Source: Eledone cirrhosa
Taxonomy: Eukaryota
Reading direction: 5' to 3'
DNA: 64,000 bases
Assembly: GCA_964016885.1 (NCBI GenBank)
Contig: OZ024748.1
Location: 19,344,001 to 19,408,000, forward strand
Below are positions 1 through 13,349 of the stretch, piece after piece (position 1 is the stretch's first letter; the number at the start of each line of letters is the position of its first letter). A model generated the notes under the pieces. It was given only the letters and a program-made list of their open reading frames with translations, did not search any database and was not told where the DNA came from. Made by a program: the position numbers and the translations under genes.

Positions 1-77
1 GGTTCTTATATATTTGATATATATTTATCCTTGTCGAGCCCGCTTTGGATTTTAGTCTTCAGATTTATTATTATTAC

Positions 78-78
<1 letters not shown>
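1..78 (+). mobile_element. 3' tail of TA-inserted Penelope-like module, family B (partial, window edge)
   Basis: ggttcttatatatttgatatatatttatccttgtcgagccc...ttttagtcttca recurs at 36722, 47563 and, inverted, at 47210, 48490 and 56890. It ends in (TA)n. Confidence 0.7.
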
Positions 79-110
<32 letters not shown>

Positions 111-112
<2 letters not shown>

Positions 113-302
113 CGAAGGAAATGTGGCAAGGAACCAGGTGGACCATAACGCACCAAAGTACTCAATACTTAGGGTAGTAGAGTGGGTAATAGGAACGAGT
201 AGGACCCCGACGGCTGAGCTCAAGTCGTTTCGACGGGTAATTCTGGACTCCAGAATTAGCCGTCGAAACGGCTTGAGCTCAGCCGTCGGGGTCCTACTCG
301 TT

Positions 303-307
<5 letters not shown>
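111..307 (-). mobile_element. Penelope-like 3' module, family A, with fold-back (arms 189-247/249-307)
   Basis: Flanked by (TA)n on both sides. Near-perfect inverted repeat centred at 248. Contains the HHR 3' half GAAA-CGGCT-loop-AGCCG-TC at 265-287. Confidence 0.75.
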
Positions 308-341
<34 letters not shown>

Positions 342-633
342 TCATCATCATCATCAACACCGTTATATAGTTCTTTAACAATAACGACGAAAACGTCGAC
401 AATGACTAAATACATTGACATTAACAGTATAAAATTCAACAACAAAAACAATAATTGCAGGATCACTAAATCATCGGTGCAACATGATGCTAAAACAACG
501 TTTTCACATCTGTTGCACTTTTTTTTTTTTGCCGTTTCATTGATAGGAACAACAGATGTGTTCGCTGTCAGAATGTTGAGGACATCGTTTTTTTTCTCTT
601 CAGATCTATGTGAAATGTAGAGGGACCACCGCC

Positions 634-766
<133 letters not shown>

Positions 767-1299
767 AATACATATATGATCGAGGCGCATATGGAAGCAT
801 AATGCATAATATATACAAACCTACATAAGTTCCACTGTGAGCAGCTGTCTCAGAGACCGCTTGATTGTGTTGAGTACGCCAAATACACACACGCACACAC
901 TCGCGCACACTCACATACACACCTACACACCTACACACAGACACACACACAGATATACAAACACATACAGACACACATATATGTATATATGTGTGTGTTT
1001 GAGTGTGTGTTTACGTGTGGGTATATATACGTACACAAGACCGTTATTGCTTAAAACAGTCTATTCACCTTCGATAACTACCTTAAATATACATACACTT
1101 ATACTACACAAATATATATACTATATACACATATAGAACAAAGGCAATCAATCATAGAATACCTTGTCTGTAAACAAAGCATTTGGAAAACCAAACCAAC
1201 TATATACAAAACATCTTGCGGACAAGACCATCGGGTTACAAACTCGTAAATATTACATTCGTAAAAACGAATATTAGAGCTAAGCTCGACGACAGTCGA

Positions 1300-1510
1300 T
1301 CGGCTTTCGTCAAATCGGACCGAGGAAACAATGTTTCCTTTCGTCTTTCCAATTGCTAATACTCTCTATCGGTCGCAACTCCAGGCAGAAAGAGCAACGT
1401 GAAATAATGTGTCTTACTCAAGGACATAACGCATCGCCCGGTCCAGGTATCGAACTCACAACCTCCCCATTGCGATTCCAATTCTCTTACCACTCTGCCA
1501 TGCGCCTTCA
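1300..1510 (-). mobile_element. tRNA-derived CORE-type SINE
   Basis: Minus strand has A-box-like tggcagagtgg, B-box gagttcgatacc and CORE-like tgtccttgagtaagacac. Homologue at 57372-57588. Confidence 0.75.
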
Positions 1511-1615
1511 CCAGACATCATCCATATATCTCTCTTTACCTTTAACCCGCCCTAAAATGAATATGAGGGTGTCAGACATTTTCATATACATATAACTACA
1601 TATAACCATTATATA

Positions 1616-1794
1616 TTGGCAGTATCAGTAGAGGGTTGGACGCCATGCTTTCTAGCATAGTTACGTCCCTTTACAGTCTGAGTTCAAATCCCGCCGAGGT
1701 TAACTTTGCCTTTCATCCTTACGGGGTCGATAAAATAAAGTACCAGTAATGTACTGGGTAATTGCTGGCCTTGTGCCTAAAGTAGAAACAATTA
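1616..1794 (+). mobile_element. tRNA-derived Deu/Nin-domain SINE
   Basis: A-box tggcagtatc, B-box gagttcaaatccc, central gcctttcatccttacggggtcgataaaataaagtaccag, tail gtagaaacaatta. Many copies in the window. Confidence 0.85.
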
Positions 1795-2060
1795 TATGTG
1801 TGTGTATGTCACTTAGAATATATATCTATATGTGAGAATGTTCAGGAGGGCATTTCCTCTTCAAATCTATATAATGTGGAGAGAGAACACAATTGGATAG
1901 CGGCAATGCTCGGACACCGTCTTGATTCAATCATACCAACCCTACAAATGATACTTTTCAAGTCAACTCAAGTGGAGTATATTTGTAGATTTCTGGATTT
2001 TGATAAACCTAGAACTTACCTGATAAGTTTGAATATATATATGTATGTATATATACATAC

Positions 2061-2114
<54 letters not shown>

Positions 2115-2160
2115 ACACACACACACACACACACATACACACACACACACACACACGCGC

Positions 2161-2198
<38 letters not shown>

Positions 2199-2243
2199 GC
2201 GTGTGGTTTGTGCGTATGTGACTGTGGCGAATAGGCAGGGTCG

Positions 2244-2305
<62 letters not shown>

Positions 2306-2309
<4 letters not shown>

Positions 2310-2458
2310 GTAAGGAACCAGTGGTGGTGGTGGTAAGGAACCAGATGGACCATAACGCACCAGAGTACTCAATACTTAGAGTAGTAGAGTGGACCCAGAA
2401 ATAGCCGTCGAAACGGCTTGAGCTCTGCCGTCGGAGTCATACTTATACTTTTTCCTGT
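2306..2458. mobile_element. Family A module, tail on minus plus inverted HHR-half segment
   Basis: Homologous to 111-307. cgaaacggcttgagctctgccgtc at ~2408. TA flanks. Confidence 0.7.
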
Positions 2459-3055
2459 ATATATATATATATATGTGTGTGTGTGTATATATCATATTTG
2501 TATATGTGAGGGGGGTGTATGTGTTTGAGCGTGCATAAACTTATGCACATATGTGTATATATGCGTATGTATATATGTGCACATATGTATATATATGCGT
2601 ATGTGTGTGCGAGTCTACGTCTTTGTTGTGTATTTGTTTATGTGTGTGTGTTTCTGCGTGGGTGATGGTTCAAACGAAGTGATTTCGTATCATGGCTGCC
2701 AGAATCGGGTCAATTAAAGACGGCAATGAAATACCTTCTGTCTGTTAGGGTTTGTCAGATTTAATTCCACACTGGGAACAAGTGACAACTGGCCTGGAGG
2801 AATGATATACGTGCATATATACACGCCTATGGACATGCACATACACACACACATACACATATACACATATACATACACATACACATACACACACAAGTAC
2901 ACAGAGACACGCACAGAGCATAGGATATTTACACATATGGATAAATAGAAACACACACACATACATGCACACATAGACAGACGTATACATATGTAGTTCA
3001 TCATATATGTATACACATCTATATACACAGACATATATATACGTATATGTAAACA

Positions 3056-3208
<153 letters not shown>

Positions 3209-3266
3209 TTATTTATTTACACGCAAACGCACATACATGCATACATACATAGATATATATATATAA

Positions 3267-3322
<56 letters not shown>

Positions 3323-3404
3323 TGCATACGCTTGTAATTAATTTAATTTTAAGGCGTAACAACACATTTCGATGTGAATAACTGTGATGCAAATATATAT
3401 GTCG

Positions 3405-3469
<65 letters not shown>

Positions 3470-3474
<5 letters not shown>

Positions 3475-3725
3475 AACGAGTAGGACCCCGACGGTTGAGC
3501 TCAAGCAGTTTAGACGGCTAATTCTGGACTAAAAATAGTTTCGACGGCTATTTCTGGACTAAAAATAGTCCAGAATTAGCTTTTTAGTCCAGAATTAGCC
3601 GTCGAAACGGCTTGAGCTTAGCCGTCGGGGTCCTACTCGTTCCTATTACCCACTCTACTACCCTAAGTATTGAGTACTTTGGTGCGTTATGGTCCATCTG
3701 GTTCCTTACCACATTTCCTTCGTTA
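3470..3725 (+). mobile_element. Family A module with complex 5' fold-back
   Basis: Inverted arm from 3470, duplicated ttctggactaaaaatag junction segments, then the full tail to 3725. TA flanks. Confidence 0.75.
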
Positions 3726-4244
3726 TATATATATATATATATATGATCGAAGTAATGGGTGTTTACATGGATATTATCACAGTACCCAATACAAATACAA
3801 CAGTAGATGGAAATAGACATAATATTATAGTCACGTACACTGAGAAATAAGTCGTATCTCCACCAAGTTTCCTATCCAGCTACTGCTTAGCATTCTTCAG
3901 ACGATACCACTGAGATGAGTCATTCAAATATCCTGCGATATATTTATTGTTTAAATACAGAAGTCTCTGATATCGCAATGGCTAAATGTTAGCAGAAGTT
4001 CACCCAGGAATCATGACCTGGATACGGCCTGGCACCCCTTTGTGTGTTAGAAGTTAAGGGTTAAAACCCTCGTTCGAAGGCGGGTGGGGGGTGGGGTGGG
4101 GCAGTGTTCTTCTCTGAAGACATACTTCTGTCCAACTGTCCAACTGTCCTGGGAGTCTTTTTTTTTTTTTACCATTTGTTCACTTGTGGCAGTTCCGGTA
4201 TTGGAGCCTGGCTGTTCCGGTGTTGCAACCCTGGACGTTTCAGG

Positions 4245-4247
<3 letters not shown>

Positions 4248-4297
<50 letters not shown>

Positions 4298-4342
4298 GTC
4301 ATCGTCATCATCATCATCATCATCATCACCATCGCCATCGTG

Positions 4343-4397
<55 letters not shown>

Positions 4398-4460
4398 CAA
4401 TCCTCGTCATCACCCCTTTCTCATCCCCATCCCCATCCCCACCACCACCACCACCACCAT
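4248..4460. repeat. (CAT)n then (CAC)n microsatellite
   Basis: Direct reading; this is the source of the poly-His/Ser/Ile ORFs. Confidence 0.95.
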
Positions 4461-4616
4461 CTGCTTATTCTTCCGTTACTCTCCTCCCCCCTCTACACTA
4501 ATCTACTCTCTCCTTACAACCACCACCGAATACCTTCTGTCCACGCCCACCTCCGGTGGTTTTCCGATCTTTTGATGAAGGCTTTCTTTAAAAAATGGGA
4601 GCGATGGGGTGAGTAT

Positions 4617-4653
<37 letters not shown>

Positions 4654-5003
4654 AGAGAGAGTGAAAGAGAGAGATTGAGGGAGGGAGAGAGAGTGAGAGA
4701 GAGGAAGTGGGGATTCTGTGAGGGAATGATTGAGTGTATGAATGTGTGAGTGTGTATGTGTGTATATGAGTGAATATGTGTGTATATGAGGGGAGGCCAC
4801 GAGTGTATATATATATATATATATATATATAGGTATATGCAAGTTTGTCTATGTATGTGTGAGTGATAGTGTGTGTGTGTGATAGTGTGCATGTGTGTGT
4901 ATGTGTGTATTAAGTAGAGTGTAGTAAAGTATGTAATGTAACATGATAGTCTTGTCGTTGTTGTGTTCAAAGTGTCACTGTAATCTCTCTACCACCACCA
5001 CCA

Positions 5004-5037
<34 letters not shown>

Positions 5038-5335
5038 CATCACCACCACCATATCTGTATATCTCCTGTACTCTCCCATCCATTCCACGTGTACCGAACA
5101 CGTCAGACACATTCACTGAACCCTGGAACCGATGACTTATATATATAAAAACAATATTGTCTCTGTTTCAATCTCTTCTATATTTCCTCTGCCTGTCACC
5201 CACCTTGTGGATTGTTTCTCATTGACCACTGTCCGCTGATCTCTGTCCTCAAAGCCATTTTTGCCCATCACTCTTTTTTTAGAGCATTCAGCTGTTTTAA
5301 CGAATGTTCTAGCGAGTTTTCTCATATATATATAT

Positions 5336-5575
5336 TGTCATGCCTTGGGAGAGTCATGTTGCCAATATAAAACACACGCACCTGTTTGTTTTCACTTCAA
5401 TTTATTCAATTTATTATAAGTTTCCGGTTGGTTGCTTGGTTCGATAACCAGAAGTGAAACCAAAAGGTGCGTGTGTTTTTATTGGCTACATGACCCTCCC
5501 AAAATATAACAATATCTGTTTCAACACACGTTTTCAAATAAGAAACCTCGCAAAACAAATTCAAAAACGAATTAT
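5336..5575 (-). mobile_element. Family C TA-inserted module with inverted arm
   Basis: gtcatgttgccaat..aaacacacgcacc is present in both orientations. Homologues at 30430-30740, 57125-57348 and 60075-60805. Confidence 0.7.
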
Positions 5576-5605
5576 ACGCACACACACACACACACAGGCC
5601 AGGCA

Positions 5606-5647
<42 letters not shown>

Positions 5648-5651
<4 letters not shown>

Positions 5652-5915
5652 AGTTAATATAAATTAATATATGATAAACACATAAGTGTTTGTATTGTAA
5701 ATGACCAAGTTAGCTAGATTGATAAATACTAATTAAATTAATACAGTTTGCCTGTCTCGATTTAAAATAATAAATCAATAAAAACAAACCCATATTGGCT
5801 TATGTGTTTATCATATATTAATTTATATTAACTTGTATTTCACGGCTCAAAAATGCTTCTTTCTTTGAGCTAATTAATTGTAAAGGACTGTTTGAGTTTA
5901 TAACTCTAAATATAA
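5648..5915 (+). mobile_element. TA-inserted module remnant related to 60971-61584
   Basis: Inverted 5648-5686/5797-5837. Tail cggctc...gagctaatt...tttgagtttataactc resembles 61497-61566. Confidence 0.55.
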
Positions 5916-5919
5916 TATA

Positions 5920-6021
<102 letters not shown>

Positions 6022-6279
6022 ATAATAATAAACTTTAATCTGTTATTTTGATAAATATATATATATTTATATATATATATACATACACACATTATGTATA
6101 TATACATGTGTGTGCGTGCGTGCGCGAGCGTGTGTGAATCCCGGGTTCAATCTGGGGTAACCACAGTATGTAAGGTACTCAATATATTAGTAGAGTGTAT
6201 ATAATAACATTTAATATAGAAATGGCTTCTACAGGACTAGAACTCTTTCAGGACTCTGTATGACTACATGTAATATATA

Positions 6280-6455
6280 TTGGACTTCCGTCGGTTGTAA
6301 CCAGGGGTGTCCCAGATGATTTGACCAACGGAATAGCCCCGTTTATGAAATGGCTGATCATTCCAGAAAATGAATTCATAACGTAGTTCTCAGGGAGATT
6401 TAGCGTGGCACAAGTTGTGAATAGGATGGCCGCTTGAATTACAGGTTCGATCATA
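6280..6455 (-). mobile_element. SINE 3' region (dispersed repeat)
   Basis: Homologous to 34715-34870 and 56645-56830 (ctcagggagattcagcgtgacaca-like). Confidence 0.6.
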
Positions 6456-6608
6456 TATTGCGTGGTTAACTTTGCTTTACTTCCCTCGATTCGATAAATA
6501 AGGTTCTAGTTCATTGCAAGAGTCCATTCTTACTCTATATATTATATTTGTTCCTCCTTCTCTCTCTTTTCTTTTCCTCTCACCCACGCCCCCCTCTCTC
6601 TCTCTATA

Positions 6609-6645
<37 letters not shown>

Positions 6646-6657
6646 TCTATATATATA

Positions 6658-7170
6658 TTGCTCGGATCTATTCATTGGAATCTTTGAGCTTATTCTACGG
6701 TGGATATGGCGCATGTCTCGGACATGACTCCCTTAATTTAATTTAATTTAATTTATTTCGGATATATAAACGGCTCCTTAATTGTAGAGCTAAATCGGTT
6801 GAAAGGACTCGGCTGCTATTTATAGCTGTCGACCACCCTATTCACGCCAATGGGAGGACGCTAGCATGTTGTAAGTAGTTTTAGAATTGCAACACGTGCG
6901 ACGGGTCACTCGCAGATTTGCATTTGATGTGTAAACACAGATAGTTATTTCTTCCCCCTTGCTGAAGATCCAAGATTTGACTACTGTGACTTTACGGATT
7001 ATTGGTGAAATATATTTCTTTAATGAATTATATACAAGGAGGATTAATCATTTTTTAAAAGGTAATATTTGAAGCTCTAGTTAAACTTTAATTAGCTACC
7101 TACCTAGCTATGTGTGATTACACACTTTACAAATTGTCCCCTGTGATTGTTTCATGTGTTTATTTTAAAT
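6658..7170 (+). mobile_element. ~510-nt HHR-containing ORF-less module, possibly circularly permuted
   Basis: TA-flanked. cggctcc..taatt and cggctgctattt blocks are shared with 61078-61125. Contains the HHR at 6957. Confidence 0.55.
6957..7039 (+). ncRNA. Type I hammerhead ribozyme, core intact
   Basis: Stem I ccttg/caagg; CTGAAGA 6962-6968; stem II ccaa/ttgg with U.U closing; GAAA 7007-7010; stem III atata/tatat; AUA site at 7032-7034. Confidence 0.8.
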
Positions 7171-7271
7171 ATATATATATGTCAATCAATTTCTAGTTGA
7201 TATATATATATATATATATGTAAGTATGTTTTGAAACAGTGAGCAGGTTTGAAATTAGAAAATAGAATAGC

Positions 7272-7452
7272 TTTCACCGTATATTTGACTAAAGAAATGT
7301 TAGTCTGATAATGGGGTTTAGAACCCTCAGATAAATGGAAAAAGATGAGTATTGACGTACATGTACGTCAATACTCATCTTTTTCCATTTATCTGAGGGT
7401 TATGAATCCCATTATCAGACTAAAATTTCTTTAGTCAAAAATACGGTGAAAT
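7272..7452. repeat. ~180-bp near-perfect palindrome
   Basis: Arms of ~90 bp, centre gtacatgtac at 7357-7366; right end abuts (TA)n. Confidence 0.9.
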
Positions 7453-7769
7453 ATATATATATATATATTACAAATAAAGATTCAGCGAGAATCGCATTTT
7501 CGGCGGACAGGAAAAAGCGAAGCGAAACGCAAAAATCAGAAATGATACTGGCAAAGTGCTCAATAGTTAAAAACCAGAGCTAAACAATGTGTTAAGAAGC
7601 CATACAAAACTGAAAAGGTGGTTCAGAAGGCATTAACCACCCAAGCCCAAAACCAAATCAAGCTAAACAGGTCAAAACAAAATAAATGATTAAAAATAAA
7701 TGACAATCAGACCTGGACTCCCGGAATTGCTGTTAAAAAAAAAATATATATATATATATATACCTAAGT

Positions 7770-7915
7770 TTATCCCGGGTTAACAGTAACCACAGTAACT
7801 CAGGTACTCAATACATAGTAGAGTATAAATATTTGATATAGAAATGGCTTTTACAGGACTAGAACTGTTTCATTCGAATGAAGCAGTTCTAGTCCTGTAG
7901 AATCCGTTTATATAT

Positions 7916-7920
<5 letters not shown>
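7770..7920 (-). mobile_element. TA-inserted module with fold-back pivoting in HHR stem II
   Basis: tacaggactagaactgtttcattc|gaatgaagcagttctagtcctgta. Same family as the HHR at 60901 and the fragment at 6138-6250. Confidence 0.7.
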
Positions 7921-8007
<87 letters not shown>

Positions 8008-8134
8008 TAAACGGAATAGAAAATGGTGACAAACAAATTGTTCACAGTGAAAAATAGTTTAATTAGGAATAAGTGAGAATTAGTAAGAGTATTGGTTAGT
8101 ATTCAGTTTTGGTTTTAAGTTTTACCGGTTGCGC

Positions 8135-8217
<83 letters not shown>

Positions 8218-8759
8218 ACTTTTTCTCTGGAGATAATCAGACCCTGAAAAAGATGGTCTGTATCATGTTTTAAATGCTCGAGATACGACATCAGATTTTA
8301 GAACGGCAGCCCTACGACAACACAGGGAGTTCAAGGCCCGTGGATGGTCTGTCTATTCATATGGAATATTTTCACCATCGAAGACTAAAAAACGCAAATT
8401 GCTTTCTTTAATAAAAAAACACGAAGAGTGAGTGTAGAAGAAGGAAGAGCTGGAGGCAGAGTAGATGTTATGATATTAATATCCTTCCTACTATGAATCA
8501 TATCCAGTTATTAATTAATTTATTTATAATAATAATGATGATGATGATAATAATAATAATAATAATAATAGCCGTAAAAATATTTAAAAATAATAAAGTG
8601 CGTTGCTTTATATTTTAAAATGTAAAACATGTTAACCTCTTAATTTCAGTATATTATGAGTCACAAGTGTGTCTGCCTGTCTTCATCGTACTAACATCAA
8701 TCTCGACCTTCAAAATATTATATGAATTCGGAAGTAAAATATACATACGTAACATACGC

Positions 8760-8789
<30 letters not shown>

Positions 8790-8792
<3 letters not shown>

Positions 8793-8900
8793 AAAAGGTA
8801 TGACCCCGAGCGCAGAGTTCAAGCCCACTCTACTACCCTAAGTATTGAGTACTCTGGTGCGTTATGGTTCACCTGATTCCTTACCACATTTCCCTCGTTA
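8790..8900 (+). mobile_element. Family A tail
   Basis: cccactctactaccctaagtattgagtactc...cctcgtt, TA flanks. Confidence 0.7.
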
Positions 8901-8910
8901 TATATATATA

Positions 8911-9080
8911 TCGGTAGAGAGTCGGACGCCATGCTTTCCAGCATAGTTACGGCCCTTTACGGTCTGAGTTCAAATCCCGCTGAGGTTGACTTTGCCTTTC
9001 ATCCTTACGGGGTCGATAAAATAAAGTACCAGTAATACACTGGGTAATTGCTGGTCTTGTGCCTAAAGTAGAAACAATTA
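8911..9080 (+). mobile_element. Deu/Nin-domain SINE
   Basis: Matches 1616-1794. Confidence 0.85.
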
Positions 9081-9138
9081 TATATATATATATATTCCAT
9101 CCCGCCCGTCTCTTCAATCTATCTTATTTCTCATTCTT

Positions 9139-9174
9139 TCTTTTGATGAAGGACTAGCGTCCGAGACGTTAAGA
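9139..9174 (+). ncRNA. Degenerate minimal HHR
   Basis: tctt-TTGATGA-a-ggac/gtcc-GAGAC-GTT-aaga; two core substitutions. Confidence 0.5.
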
Positions 9175-9248
9175 CCCTCTTCCTGAAAGCGTTAACCTAT
9201 TATATTCCTTCCATATATTGTACCGATTGTGTTGTTATTTCTTTTTAC

Positions 9249-9300
<52 letters not shown>

Positions 9301-10906
9301 ATTGAAATGACTGCTATGGGACTGGTGCTGTTTCATTCATTTTAAATCACCAGGAAAATCCAAATAATTTCAATGAAATGAAACTACTTGTTCTTCAGAA
9401 GTCATTTCTATCTGTGTGTGTACCTTTTCTACTTAATCTATTTAACTATAGTATTTTTGTTCCTCAACGGAAAGCCATTCTATATACATACATATATAAA
9501 AAAAATTGGGTTTGGGGCAACTGATCCCTGTGTTTGTCTTGGAGTCTTTAAGAAGATTTCTTTACAATAATTTAACCGGTTTCACAATTGCTTGATTTTC
9601 AAAGTTAAGAAATGAAATGACGTGGGGCTCTACTGTAACTGTCTCACCTCTGACTGGAGTTAGAAAAGTATCTCGTTTTTATGGGGAGAACATGGCTCAA
9701 ATTGCTTTCTATTTAAGATGCAATTTGCTTGGTTGTGGATCATTACGCCATTAGCCATACATGTCTCTTGGCTCTCCATCATGTCTGTACATTAATGTCA
9801 TTCGTTACAGAGGCCATAACCTATCTGTATATATCATTTATTACTAAACCTCGCAGTTGCGAGAAAATCTATTTCGTATAATAATGGTTTCTGATTTAAG
9901 TACAAGGCTAACCAATTTGGGGGAGGGGAAAGTCGATTAAATCAACCCAAGTGCGTTACTGGTACTTTAATTTATCGTCCCTCTAAGGATGAAAGGCAAA
10001 GCTATATCGTACAAGGCCTCTTGTGAAAATTCCATTGTTTATCGCGTCAAATTAATCATGAACCTGCATATGCATGGCTTGGAGCAAATCACGCAACCAA
10101 TCATCCATAAAAAGGATGCCATTATACAATTTAGAACTTCGATATTCAGCGTATTATCTTATTGATGTGTGATACTGGATATATTTCTCTGTTTATATGT
10201 AACAGTTGTAGTTAGACTGGCCAAGCCGATTCATTTCTGATCTGTATTATAGCGATATTTATGATAGTGTAATTCGTTGACGAAGGACATTGTCACTTGT
10301 CTTTTGATAAACAGACAATAAGCCACGACACATGACAGGTCAGTATCTGCCTCATATTTTCACAACGAAGTTTATAATTTAAATATGCACTTATTCATCC
10401 ACTTATTTCAACTTAATCTGTTATTAATGTTAATACACATATGATCAAAGGTATTTCAATTTTGAGTATAAAGATTTTATACTACATTATCTAATATAGA
10501 ATTTATACATGCCAGTCAGATATGATTTAAGAGGTAACCATATTAGATGTAGCTGATGTGTAGTTTAGTCAGAGCATAATTATTGATATTTTGCTTCTTA
10601 ATATTAACAGTCTGCATATTTTTGCTTGAAAAAAATGTGAAAAATAATATCGTTCTGTATATTTGTGAGGTAATAATACCTACTGTGGCAGGCACTGTGA
10701 CACGTCTAACACACTGTGGTAACAACGAGCTACCTGGCAGGAGGCCTTCAATTTTACAGTATTTTGTTCTTTCAAGTGAGATGTGCCATTTCTGAAAACT
10801 GCAGAGTCACGTTGCATCTTTAAGATAAACGGCATCTACGTAATAAAAACAATATTCCTCGTTGTAAATAGGGTAAATAAATTATTTTAGATACCTTTCA
10901 GCATAC

Positions 10907-11048
<142 letters not shown>

Positions 11049-11095
11049 TCTATCCATCTATCCATCTCTCTCTCCCCCCACACTCTCTCTCTCTT

Positions 11096-11128
<33 letters not shown>

Positions 11129-11189
11129 CTTGTGTGCGTGTGTGTATGTGTGTGTGTATTTGTTCATTCAGTTTACTTTCTGCATAGAT

Positions 11190-11241
<52 letters not shown>

Positions 11242-11254
11242 GTATATATATGCA

Positions 11255-11545
11255 GAGGTTATATTTAATTTGTTTGGATTCAACAAGCTTAACATTTTAT
11301 AACTGATATAAAGCACTCAACAGTTACGTGGAGTAAATATTCAATATATTAATAAATGGAAACTATCTAGCGAACCTCAACCGTTAAGTTTGTCTTTATG
11401 TGGGTATGTCAATATTTATTTATAAAACAAATTTGTATTTTATCTGATGAAAGCGCACCATAACTTGCCTTGGTTGCCCTTGAAATATATATAATAAAAT
11501 AATTATAGTTTTATAAATATAGTTTCCATTTATTAATATATTGTA
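11255..11545. mobile_element. Family D module: minus-strand tail plus inverted HHR-bearing segment
   Basis: atatattaataaatggaaactat is inverted at ~11345 and ~11520. Homologous to 25385-26070. Confidence 0.7.
11436..11501 (+). ncRNA. Minimal type I HHR (family D)
   Basis: Stem I tattttat/ataaaata; CTGATGA 11444; stem II aagcgcacca/tggttgccctt; GAAA-T-ATAT-A-TA with a palindromic stem III loop. Confidence 0.75.
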
Positions 11546-11683
11546 TATGTATATATATATATATGTGTGTGTGTGTATGTGTGTGTGTGTATGTGTGTGT
11601 GTATGCAGAAAGTAAACGGAATGAACAAATAGAGTAAAATGAAGAAATATGTTAATTAGACGCTTGATATAGTAGGAAAAATG

Positions 11684-11720
11684 TCTTTACATTTCGAAGA
11701 ACAAGTCCTTCATCACAAGA
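11684..11720 (-). ncRNA. Degenerate minimal HHR
   Basis: Minus: tctt-GTGATGA-aggacttgttcttc-GAAAT-GTA-aaga. Related to 9139. Confidence 0.45.
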
Positions 11721-11947
11721 TAGAATGGGAAGGTACAGTCAGAAAATTTGAAGAAAAAGCCTTTAAAATATTTAAACATACGCAGTGAGAGAAGTTTTAC
11801 TGGTAGTTCGAGTATAGAAATATATGTTTTTACGGAGAAATATTACAACGACTCTGAAGTTTTCAGCTAGATGAAACGGCCAAGGTAAAATATTGAAATC
11901 TTGCTAATTTCCTACATACAAACACATAAATACACACATACACACAC

Positions 11948-12094
<147 letters not shown>

Positions 12095-12165
12095 CACACA
12101 CATATGTACATATATATATGTATATGCTCGTATATATGAATGTAATCTGAGTTTTTCGAATATTA

Positions 12166-12353
12166 ATAATTGTTTCTACGTTAGGCACAAGGCCAGCAAT
12201 TACCCAGTGCATTACTGGTACTTTATTTTATCGAACCCGTAAGGATGAAAGGCAAAGTCAACCTCGGCGGGATTTGAACTCAGATCGTAAAGGGACGTAA
12301 CTATGCTGGAAAGCATGGCGTCCGACTCTCTACCGATACTGCCAATCCACCGC
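12166..12353 (-). mobile_element. Deu/Nin-domain SINE
   Basis: Full length; flanked by the direct repeat tttcgaatattaataat (TSD-like). Confidence 0.85.
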
Positions 12354-12588
12354 CTCTTTTCGAATATTAATAATAACATTCGATTCGTTTGCAATTATGC
12401 AAACAAGCCTCAATTTTATAGCCATGTCAGTAGAATGAACCCTTCATTCTTGCTCTTGTGTTGTCATGTGAAAAGAACTGTTCACATGCCAACACAGGAG
12501 CAAGAATGAAGGGTTAATTCTACTGACATGGCTATAAAATTGAGGCTTGTTTGCATAACGAATCGAATGTTATTATTAATATTCGAAA

Positions 12589-12778
12589 GGTGGATTGGCA
12601 GTATCGGTAGAGAGTCGGACACCATGCTTTGAAGCACAGAGTTACGTCCCTTTATGATCTGAGTTCAAATCCCGCCGAGGTTAACTTTGCCTTTCATCCT
12701 TACGGAGTCGATAAAATAAAGTACCAGTAATGTACTGGTGAATTGCTGGCCTTGTGCCTAAAATAGAAACAATTATTA
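12589..12778 (+). mobile_element. Deu/Nin-domain SINE
   Basis: Full length; inverted partner of 12166. Confidence 0.85.
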
Positions 12779-12849
12779 ATATTCGAAAAACTCAGATTAC
12801 TTTTATTGTATTCAGCCATGTAGAGCGAAAATTTTCTTTTTTACACGTA

Positions 12850-12927
<78 letters not shown>

Positions 12928-12961
12928 CATATATGTATATATATATATATATACATATATG

Positions 12962-13027
<66 letters not shown>

Positions 13028-13240
13028 AGTGTGTGTGCATATATGTATATATGTATGTATATTTATATATGTATATTCATATATGTATATGTATATATAT
13101 ATAATTGGTGTCATATGATCTCCATATAGGAGATGTAAGAGTATAACTAACATTTTTAAAGTTAGAAAAAGTAGATGTAGAACGCGTGATAATGTAACAC
13201 TAGTTGCGTAAGGAAGGTGGGTAAATTTAAGAATTGAACG

Positions 13241-13349
<109 letters not shown>

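Larger units (their letters stand above)
12142..12800. repeat. ~660-bp palindrome containing two inverted SINE copies
   Basis: gtaatctgagtttttcg...SINE(-)...gtgaa aagaactg ttcac...SINE(+)...cgaaaaactcagattac; centre ~12477. Confidence 0.9.

Noticed and set aside
1616-1700. tRNA gene
   Set aside because: Only A/B boxes of a multi-copy SINE head; no cloverleaf.
3855-3910. Minus-strand CTGAAGA...GAAAC as an HHR, or a terminal exon
   Set aside because: Stems do not close next to the core, the site would be GUG, and the acceptor lacks a pyrimidine tract.
4084-4575. Poly-His ORF or possible exon at ~4192-4243
   Set aside because: A (CAT)n artefact with no recognisable domain, and the splice donor is weak.
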